The position numbers and the translations under genes are program-made. From the human T2T-CHM13v2.0 reference genome, Homo sapiens, in the NCBI RefSeq assembly GCF_009914755.1, contig NC_060925.1: a stretch of 64,000 nt of DNA, one strand, 5' to 3'. Position 1 is the stretch's first letter, and the number at the start of each line of letters is the position of its first letter. Under the pieces are notes generated by a model. The model searched no databases and was not told the DNA's origin. It worked only from the letters and a program-made list of their open reading frames with translations. Positions 13,695 through 23,609 of the stretch are shown in pieces.

Positions 13695-15961
13695 ATGATT
13701 GGGGAAGGAGGTGCTGGGGATTTTTTTGGTAGCAAAGTGAACCTGGGGAGGCACCTCCAACTGGGCCACACAAGTTACCCAATCCCAAGAGAGCACGAGA
13801 GAATGGAGAGAAGTGGTCTTTTCCTTATGGTTTTTAAGCTTCTGATCAAAACAATCTGTCGTGAGAGAAAATCTTTAGCAACAAAGGCTTTGAGCTCATG
13901 AGGGAAAAACCCCAACTAATGCCCAAAAAGAAATAAAATAGGAGTCTTAGCTGATAGCCAGTGAAAAGAGAAAAATTCAAAATATTATCCACATCACCTA
14001 CCCTATCTCTGCAGTTAATGGAAAATCACATCGTCTGTGAGCTTTTTGGAAAGAGGTTCACTAGATAAGACCGTCTGAAAAAAATCTGCCATAGAGAACT
14101 ATTGACCATACCATTTGTTTTTCTTCTATTCTCTGGCTGTGATTGTAAACTTTGCTTGCTTGATAAGAACCTTTCATGTGAAGGAGCTATAGATAATATC
14201 CTCCTAGGTCCCGGGCTTATGCTCAAATGATAAATCATGTCAAGATAAGGAAATCATTTGGTTCTTTAAAGTTGAAAAGAAGATGTGATTAAAAATGTTA
14301 TTTTGTGGCTATATGGGATGGTTTCCTATAATCAGTTACCCAAAATAAACCATATTATTTAGCGACTGTCTGCAGAAAGACAACCTAACAGATGTTTAAG
14401 ACAATGAAAGAAAGCTGAAAATATCTCAAATATAGAAGTGCTTTTTTTTTAAAAAAATATGTGTATTGATTTTGGAGTGAGGGAGTGAGAGACATATGTT
14501 TATATATTTCTCGTTCCCTCACTAGCCTGATATTGCTTTTATGGGACAGGTTTTTTTTTCCTACATAAGATAGAAACTGATGCTGTGAACACTTCAAGTC
14601 TAGGAGAAAAAAATGTGAGTTGAAGCTATGTATGATCAGGATTTTGAACTGTAAGATATGTGGCTTGTGTGGAAATCTCTGAAGTCTATGAGATCACAAA
14701 GTGGAAGTCACAGGTAAACTGTGTCTGAGGAAGGTGCAGAGAAGGAAAGGAGAAAAAACTGCGCACGTTTGGAGTCACAGGTATTTTTGTTGCAATTTCA
14801 CCATAGAATATAAGGCAGGGGGTTTCTTTTATGGATGAGAGCAGTAATCCACAAATATGACACCTTTTTTCCCACCCTCCCCCAGCCTGCTTACCCAACT
14901 CACTCACACTTCCTGTCTACCCCAAATAACCCGTACTTCTTGTCTATCCAAGACATCCAGTGCCTTAGGGCTCAGGGCTGAGACAGAGCGCGTGCCAACT
15001 GCACCTGCGCGGGGACTGAGTTCTCGGAGAAGGGACCCAATAGGTAAATGACTCCAGAAGGTCTTCTCCCAGCAGCCAGAATAAGACAGGAAATGAAGCC
15101 GCTTTATTGACAAGGTAAGGGAGCCAAGGCTGGGCCAGGTCTAGAATCGGGAAATGGGGGCATTTTCTACCGAGCAGACAGCCTTTGCTTCTCCCTCACA
15201 GCCAGGTGTCATATTTGTGGATTACTGCTCTCATTACTACTTCACTCACGAGAATCAGGCAGTTGGCAGCTGAGAGTCCTGGCCAGGGTTTCTCCCAGTT
15301 TTCCTCAAAAGCACCAGGGAGGATCAAGGGTCTGGGGTAGACCTGCTTTAGAAGCCTCAGGTGCGAGCCCTGAATTCGTGTGTCCTGAGCTGAGGACAAG
15401 TTTTTTGGTTCACTAGAGAGCATTCTCTGGTGGTGACTGAAGAATTCTCTGTCTGTGTTCTTTCCTGGTTTATTCTCCTGATATAAAATCCCAGGCTGTG
15501 CTAACAGCTTCACAAGGGGGGAGTTTCTGAAGAGCCCCAGATAGCACATTAAATAGGAATCTGTTGTGTGCTGGTCCCTGTTCTAGTCCTGCACATGAAG
15601 CAACTCCCAGCTTTGGGGCAGCAGGGAACATGTACACACTTACCTGTGGCCACAGAGGGTGGGCAGTGGATGCTAAGAGTGGCCAGCCACTCATGCAGGT
15701 AGGAGGCCAAGGCAGAAGGTCCTGGTTCTGAACCTGGAAGGAAGCAAATTCTAAGCATGAGAGAGGGGAAGCCAGCAGGGGAGGCACCAGGGCTTCCCCT
15801 CCTCCCGCTGAAGGGTTTTGAGTCCTATATTTTGCGGAGCGTCTTTCTCTCCTGGCTTTTCTGCTCCCTCCCTTCTCTCCCCTCACCGGCTTTTTACCCC
15901 TATCTAATTCTGAGCCCCATGGCAGACAAGAGGATCTGCAAGTGTGCGGGAGAGTGTGCAT

Positions 15962-15998
15962 ATTGGTGAGATGTGGGCATTGGTGAGATGTGGGCATT
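15962..15998. repeat. Perfect 17-bp tandem duplication (attggtgagatgtgggc x2)
   Basis: Direct read of the sequence. Confidence 0.9.
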
Positions 15999-16059
15999 TG
16001 GAAGGAGAAGAACCTTCAGAATTATTTGGGGGAAAGGAAGGAGGTTTCCATTCTGGGTT

Positions 16060-16249
16060 CTTTCTTTACTTTTCTTTTTTTAGAGACAAGGTCTTGCTCT
16101 ATCACCAAGGCTGGAGTGCGGTGGCACTATCATGCCTCACTGTTACCTCCCATTTCTGGGTTCAAGTGAGCCTCCTACCTCAGCCTCCTGAGTAGCTGGA
16201 ACTAGAGGTACATGCCACCATGTCTGGATAATTTTTAATTTTTTTGTAG
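16060..16249 (-). mobile_element. AluJ, tail plus right arm plus linker (3' part of split element)
   Basis: T-rich tail, gagacaaggtcttgctct..cctcagcctcctgagtagctggaact..atttttaatttttttgtag, then similarity stops abruptly. Confidence 0.92.
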
Positions 16250-17455
16250 CTATATGCTGGTGCCACTGTCCTTTGTCTGCTACCCCAAAGCTATGCCTGG
16301 TTCATTGTGACAACATTGTAGCACAGGAAGAAAAAACAATATATATATGATATATATATATACATATATGATATATATATTATTATATATTATGTTATAT
16401 TATGTTGTTATATATATTATATTATGTTATTAGATTATATTATGTTGTTATATTATATAATAATATTATATTATATATTATATATTATATTATATAATAT
16501 ATAATAATATTATATAATTATATATTACATTATATAATATATAATAATATTATATAATTATATATTACATTATATAATATATAATAATATTATATAATAA
16601 TATATAATTATATAATATATAATAATATTATATAATATTATATAATATTATATAATATATAAATATATAATAATATATATTATATTATATAATAGTATAT
16701 AATATTATATAATATATATTATTATATTATATAATATAAAATATTATATAATACATATTACTATCCAGTAAAGGGGCCTGAGTATAAAAGGAAGAAGCTT
16801 CATCAGGAGGCTCCGGAGGCTCTACACTGATGCCTATTTAGTCTGATTTCCAGTGATTTAGGTCAAACACATTTTGCAGAAATGGAGGAAAAAATGGTAT
16901 GATGAGGGAAAGAAGTGCTCACCTGCCAGCATTCCCGCCCACCCACTGCACCCACCAACCTTGGCTTTCCTGGAGGCAGTGAATGTTACCCACAGCACGG
17001 AGGTCACCAAGGGGCTAGGCAAGCAAATGGGATTTTTAATATGAGCACTTCTTGCCTCAGCTCTGCTGTTCAGCATACTCATGAATGCTCAGCCAGTGCA
17101 GTTCTGCCTCTCCATGCGCTTATGTGCATATATATATATATACATATTTTACCATCCAGTAAAGGGTCCTGAGTATAAAAGGAAGGAGCTTCATCAGAAG
17201 GCTCTGGAGGCTCTACACTGATAGCTGTTTAGTCTGATTTCCAGTGATTTAGATCAAGCACATTTTTGCAGAAATGAAGAAAAAAAATGGGTAGAGAAAT
17301 GTTTGATTTACAAGGCCCTTTCCCATGCCTTGTAAAATTCACCTAGCCTATGTTCCATTCTCTTGGGAGTGATGCCTGCTCCCCAGATTAATTCCATTAA
17401 TGTCTGATTTCCAGTGATTGAAAAAATTTCCTGAATTCAGTTTGAGATTAGCCTG
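16250..17455. other. Complex templated-insertion mosaic interrupting the AluJ
   Basis: Segments match rc(18419-18468), rc(18266-18412) twice, rc(19996-20165), 17913-17947 and 18665-18739; fold-back hairpins at junctions. Confidence 0.9.
16339..16759. repeat. ~420-bp AT-rich low-complexity/minisatellite array
   Basis: Almost only A/T; includes a perfect 40-bp unit at 16491-16530 and 16531-16570. Confidence 0.95.
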
Positions 17456-17551
17456 TTGCCCAGGCTAATCTCAAACTAATGGCTTCAAGCAATCCTACTG
17501 CATCAACCTCCCAAAGTGCTAGAATTACAGGCATGAGCCACCGCGCCCATC
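17454..17551 (-). mobile_element. AluJ left arm (5' part of split element)
   Basis: tgttgcccaggctaatctcaaact..caagcaatcct..cctcccaaagtgctagaattacaggcatgagccaccgcgccc resumes the Alu about 15-20 nt past where 16249 stopped. Confidence 0.92.
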
Positions 17552-18959
17552 TGGTAACTTTATTCTTTAATCACCAGTACACACCTCGCCCAAGGGTCAT
17601 TGTCCTCTCTCCTTCCATGAACTTAAGTACCTTTGCATCTCCCTTATTTATTGCTCTGCCTGACAGATAGGGGTGTTTGGTGAAGATAGGCTTGATGAAT
17701 GAATGAATGCCCAAATGAAGAAGACAGGCTGAGCTTCCAAAAAATTGTTCTTATCCCACCCTGCCTCTAGCTAAGGAGCATCGAAATGGGGGCTGTCTGT
17801 CCAGACCAGGCTGAAGAATCATCTTCTCCTTTCCCGTTGAAGCCATAGGAAAGCCGCTGTTCTGGTCACCAATGCCAAGAAGGACCATAAAGCTCAGGGC
17901 CTGACCACAGGGCAGCCAGTCCAGTTCTGCCTCTCCATGTGCTTATGGAGTCACAGGTTTGCCCCTCCTCATCCTTCCTAAAGGGAATAACACAGCACGA
18001 ATACTCTCATGTTGCCAGCCCTCAGAACACAGAATTCTCAGGGCCAAGAAAGTGAATGGAAGGTTTGAAAACATACTCTGGTCACCATATTAGACACAGG
18101 AAACCAAGATACATAAAGGCTGACAGTGCTTACCAGCCACAGCTTCTCTCCTGGCAAATGCTGGATGAAGAAAATCCACTGAAGAGTTATTTACACTATG
18201 CTCTAGATCCTACATGGTCATTAAAGGGAAGCACAGAACCTCCCCACTCAGAGATGGCCGGTGCTACATTTCTTTACCCATTTTTTCTCCATCTCTGCAG
18301 AAAGGTGTTTGACCTAAATCACTGGAAATCAGGCTAAATAGGTATCAGTGTGAATACCCCCTCCTGATGAAGCTCCTTCCTTTTATACCCCCTCTTCTTC
18401 TGGATGGTAAAAACAAGATTTCTTCTTCCTGGGCTCCATTGTTGTCAAAATGAGCCAAGCATAAAGCTAAGTTCTAGGAGGCTTTCAGGCTCCAATTCCC
18501 AGGGGACTGTGTCTCCTTCCCCTGTGTTCCAGGAGCCCATCTCAGTACCAAGGATGTGCTCAAGGACAAACAAGTGTTCTTTTAGTGCTGTCTCTGCCAC
18601 CCCATTCCTTCCATTGGCCTGGCCCCCCCTGCTTCAGGGGCTCTGCCTTCCTCTGGGTCTTTTTCCATGCCTTGTAAAATTCACCTAGGCTATGTTCCAT
18701 TCTCTTGGGAGTGATGCCTGCTCCCCAGATTAATTCCATAGACTAAACTGAGGTTAATTGTTTAATGCTTAGCTCCTGCTGGAAATATTGGCATTTTAAT
18801 AGGGAGTCGTTGAAGGACTGGAGAGCTGCATTTTAGAAAAATCGATCTAGAAATTATGTAGAGTAAGGAATGGAGAGAGAAGAGTTAGAAAAGAGGAAAA
18901 AGAGTTAGCATACTACATAAAACTAAGTACGAAATTATGAGGGTATCGGCTGGCATGAC

Positions 18960-19381
18960 TGTCGTGGACTGGCAAATATTTGCCATTTTTCGGATGCCAG
19001 ACTCTTTAACAGTTTTCCTGTGTTTGGGAAACATTAGAATGAAGCTTTCTGTAGGTAAAAGCTAGAACTTTGATAAGAATGAACTCCTTCTCAGCCTTCT
19101 TGTCACCTAATGTGAAGCCACAAGACTTAAACTTGGCTCATCAGTTACTCACTTAAGAGAGGAAGCAGACGCTGAAAAGATGTCATTTTCTGGCAAAAGA
19201 GGTAGAATATGGCAGAGAGATACCATGATTTCAGAGGCCACGGGGCCTCCAGGCTGTGAGAACTCCCTGCTTGAATCTCTGGAGATTCTGAGTTTCCTAA
19301 TATTTCTTTAATAGATAAGCTTTCTTTCTGCTTTGCTTTCTACCTAGAATGGGTTTCATTCTGGCAACCTTGATTAACACA
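18960..19381 (+). mobile_element. Old ERVL LTR (LTR33/LTR16-like)
   Basis: ttctcagccttcttgtcacct..cttggctcatcag and terminus ctagaatgggtttcattctggcaaccttgattaacaca. Confidence 0.5.
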
Positions 19382-19629
19382 AGAGGATATTGAAAGGATT
19401 TGAAGAAAGTTATCCCGCTGATTCCTTAACAGGATGGTAAGCACTTAAAAGATCCAATTTCATCTTCTTTACTACCCTGGCAGTGCTTAGACTATATACA
19501 GGCATTTCATAAGCAATGAAGATGATGCACACTGACTGAAAATATTTTCAAAGTTGTAAAGGACCCTCTGATTCTTAAAGCCAGGTTGGGCACAACTCAT
19601 GCAAGCATTCAGTGGCCTCCAGAGCTCTC

Positions 19630-19760
19630 AGCCCAGCTGGGTGTCCTTTAGGGTAAGTAATCATACTTCCTGGAAGCCCACTTTCTCCATCTGTGAAGTG
19701 GAGGCCACAGGGAATATCTAATAAGTATCTAGTGATGAAATTCATGGGCGCTTGGAAAGG
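19630..19760 (+). mobile_element. MIR fragment
   Basis: gtgtcctttagggtaagtaa..ctttctccatctgtgaagtgg. Confidence 0.55.
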
Positions 19761-20819
19761 GCACTGTTTCAGACTGAGCAAGGCTCAGGAAGCCAGGGAG
19801 GCATAATCACTCCCACAGAAATTGCATTTGTCTCTAAGGTTTGATCTGCCTGTATGAATGAGAGAAAGAATTTAGCGTGAGGGATATTTAAAATTGGATC
19901 CTTTGTTTGCCTGAATAAATGCCTCATGCATTTTTGAGTTTGATTTCCTGTTTTGTTTATCTCCAGAAGAAAAGAAAATAAGGCAGAAAATTCTCCAGCA
20001 GAGCTGAGGCAAGAAGTGCTCATATTTAAAATCCCATTTGCTTGCCTAGCCCCTTGGTGACCTCTGTGCTGTGGGTAACATTCACTGCCTCCAGGAAAGC
20101 CGAGGTCGGTGGGTGCAGTGGGTAGGCGGGAATGCTGGTGGGTGAGCACCTCTTTCCCTCATCATCTACCATCCATCAGAGGCCTGTCTCCCCTGATTCT
20201 TATCTGACACTCATTTGCACTGCTTGGAGAGAAGGTGCAAGGAACTAGGAGAAGATGCTCAAAAAAACACGGATCAGGAAGATGACTGCAGCATTGGAGA
20301 AACCAGGCATTGATTTTGTGGACCTCTGGGGAAGAGCTCTTGGGTGCTCTTACAAGGATGACGAGGGCTGTGTTGATCTTGGGAGATGCCACTAAGGGGT
20401 TAGGGGTCAAAAGAATTAAATTGCAGAGGCTTAGGTGTCAAAATAAAGAGGAACCAAGAAACAAAATCATGCAGAGCTTTCCAAACTACACTCTTAGCAT
20501 TTAGTCTTAGCCTTCCGTTAAAACAGCTAAGACAAGGCACATACCACTGCATTATAAACCTGTTGTAGCAGTCATGACCATTTCACGGAGTAATACCAAC
20601 TTGCCAAAAGGATTGACTCAGAGTTAAATAGTGAAGGGAGGGAAGTGGCTATCTTTTGACTCTATAACATATTCGTCTTAATATCATGATGTTATCTTTG
20701 AAATTCTTAAATTTCAATAATATCATTATAGTGACAATTTTATGAGTTGGGTGTTGGATTCTCACAATCACTGAAAGGTTTAGTTGGGTGACTTTAGCTC
20801 TTTTTGGCAGCAGTTTAAC

Positions 20820-20990
20820 AATAGTAACTATGTCGCTTTACTATTTAAGATATTTCCTGAACACTAGCTCACTTCTTAACAACTTGGTGAGATTGTTTTT
20901 CTGACTTTCCCACTTTACAGCTGAGGAAACTGAGGCTCAGGGAAAGAGAACTGGCACTTGCTTTTGACCCCAAATCCTGGCTCTCCTGGC
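20820..20990 (-). mobile_element. MIR fragment
   Basis: cccactttacagctgaggaaactgaggctcaggg. Confidence 0.75.
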
Positions 20991-21825
20991 TGCTCTGTGA
21001 AATCCTAAATCATGGTAACCCTGGATACCACCATACCAGCTTTGGTTGCATGATAGAATTAAGGCCAATAGCATCTATGCTGCAGTGAAGGCATGGATGG
21101 GAAACTCGCAGTGAAGGAGAGTGTAATTCATTGAAATGACAAATACATTGCATCTGTGCTATAAACTATGACTGAAATGCTTCCTGCTCTCCTTAAGGAA
21201 GTGAATAAGGTAAGCAAAGCTCTGTTTACCACATGGGAAAGCACCTTCACAAAAACCCAGGCCTGGACTCAGCCCCTGGTTCTGTGCACAGTGCTAAACC
21301 CAACGGGATTTCCAGTGACTCCTAGATGAAGCAGACATTATTTCGCTCTACAGTCTCTTCCCTATGCTCACAAACCAGCCTCTAGGAACTTATCCCCCAC
21401 TAGCCAGTTCACATTTTTCATATGAACTCTGAGGGATATTTTTAAAAATCGACTGAGGCAGACTGGGTTCCCATAAGAAAAATGGCTCATGGTGGAGATC
21501 CTGTTTGGTCCCCAGGTCCTGCAGCATCAGCACTAATGGGACTTTGATCTGGAGTGCGTGTCTTCACCCTCTTTGCTGTTTTTATTGACACTGTGCAGTA
21601 AGAGCAGTGCAATTTCCTCCCATTTCAGCTCTGGGTTTTCTGAGACAGAACTGGAGGGAAATTGAGCTGTGACTGATGGAAAATACAATGGCTTTGAGTC
21701 AGGATGTGTCAGGTAGAGCTCCCTATGGTAAATCTAGCCTAAATCTGTCCAAACAGGCTTGCTCTTATATTGCCACTTGGGGTTGATTTTTCTTTAAATA
21801 AAAAGTACAAAATTTGCATAGAACT

Positions 21826-22021
21826 CCTTTTCTCTCCCTTTCCTCTCTTCTCCTCTCCTCCTTTCCTTTCATTGCCTTCTTTATTTCTTTCTCCCTTTCA
21901 TTCTTTCTCTTTGCCTTTCTGCCTTTTTATCTTCCCTTCTCTCTTATGCTCTTTCTCTCTCTTCCTCCTTCCTTCTATCCTTCCTTCCTTCCTCTCCCCT
22001 CTCTCATGCCTTCCTTTCTTT
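21826..22021. repeat. ~195-bp CT-rich polypyrimidine tract
   Basis: Direct read of the sequence. Confidence 0.9.
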
Positions 22022-22074
22022 GATCACATTGGCTAATATATAAAAGTTATGTTAAAGATTAATTCCAAGGTCAG

Positions 22075-22223
22075 TTTTTATTTTATTTACTTATTTATTT
22101 ATGTAAAGAAATGGGGTCTCCCTGTGTTGCCCAGGCTGGTCTTGAACTCCAAGACTCCAGTGATCCTCCCACCCTGGCCTCCCCAACTGCTAGGATTACA
22201 GGCATGAGCTACCACACCCAGCC
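22075..22223 (-). mobile_element. FLAM_C / AluJ left monomer
   Basis: (TTTA)n tail, tgttgcccaggctggtcttgaactcc..gattacaggcatgagctaccacacccagcc; TSD ccaaggtcag (22065-22074 / 22224-22233). Confidence 0.92.
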
Positions 22224-22959
22224 CCAAGGTCAGCTTTTAGATCTGTTCTCAAAGCTTTCCTAAAACTGAGACAGTGGTTCCTTACATTAATGAATTGCGT
22301 AATTAAGCCCCTCTGTCTGCAGGAATCGTGAGACTACTCCGACAGCTAGACGTTGCTTTTGGCTGAGGTGGAGGCAGAAAGAACAGCACAGTGCCAGCCC
22401 CACAAGCAGGAGCTGCTAAGGCAGGGACAAACTTGGAGAAGGTGCTGCCAAGCCTTGTGGGGAGGCCCAGGACACATTCTCCCCTGGGTACCATTGGAGG
22501 ACTTCTTGTAAATCTCCAGGTTATGGTAGATGAGGATGCCAGGTGCCAACTCTCAGATGAACCAGCAGATTGGGGCTGTAGGTCAGAGATTTTGCTAAAG
22601 GTTAATGAAATCTCCTTGGGATGGTGGCAGTTGGAGGAATGGACTCACCTTTTCCCATGAGCAGGATGTTTATCATACTAAACACCAACGACTAACTGTT
22701 ATGTAAACCTTCTGTGAGGGGATCCTGTTTAGACTTTGTTCAACAGGATTTATTTCTGACTCATTAGTGGAAAGACTTATGTTTGTTTTTGTTTTTTTTC
22801 ACCTAAAATTACTATCATTGTATAATTTACAATATACACAGGCTTTTTCTTTTATTTTGTCTTAATAAATCTTCAAAATAATCCTGTGAAATAGGTACCA
22901 TCTCCATTTTTCCATATCCCACACAATCTAGACATTTTAAAAAATCAATCACAGTAATA

Positions 22960-23609
22960 GTGACAAGTCAGATTTTCCTAGTTATGCCTCCATTCACTAC
23001 TTCAGGACCTCCAGCATTTTCCTGATGCTACTTCATGACTCAGAAACGACTTCCAAACCCAGCACCTCAGTCACAGGGTGGAGATGGGGAATTGGCATTT
23101 ATATTCCATTATTCCATTCCACCTTATTTTCTTGGTGACTTCTTGTGTGACAGGGCTGGAAAGATTTTTTTAAATGCCTTTTAAGACTGTCTTGCAGCTA
23201 GGGTGCTGGATGGTTTGTTTATGACGAACTTGCATGATTTGGAAGATGGAAGTGTGGCAGGGGCTACTGCCTGTGGCTTTAGCTGCAGCTCCTGGAGCTA
23301 CTGTCCTGGAGATGATGCTGGGCTGCCTGACTCAGCATCCAGGGTCCAGCCACTAGCTTCAGTGGTGCTGAGAAGCAAGTGTGGTTCTGTGCCTGCCGGA
23401 TGTGTGTTCTTGAGCTCCACCACTCGGGAGCTGCTTAGCAGAGGTAGACTGTTCTCCAGTGGGCCAGTTTATTGCTGTCCTGAGAGTTATCCTACTCACA
23501 GGCTCTCCCAAAGATTCTGCAAATTCCTAATTCCTGTTATTGAATCCTTTTTTTGCTGAAAGTAGCTAGAATATTTTCAGTTTCATGCACCTGAACCCTG
23601 GTGGATACA
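22960..23609 (+). mobile_element. Old ERVL LTR (LTR16/LTR33-like)
   Basis: cttgcagctagggtgc; terminus gctgaaagtagctagaatattttcagtttcatgcacctgaaccctggtggataca; 5' boundary uncertain. Confidence 0.55.

Noticed and set aside
15470-15997. Longest ORF (175 aa) and the 150-157 aa ORFs at 25981 and 34657
   Set aside because: No recognisable domain; composition is low-complexity or random-like; such lengths arise by chance in 64 kb.
16915-17172. Near-identical ORF pair 16915-17172 (+) and 19769-20149 (-) suggesting duplicated genes
   Set aside because: A by-product of the inverted copy of segment B; non-ATG starts and no recognisable domain.
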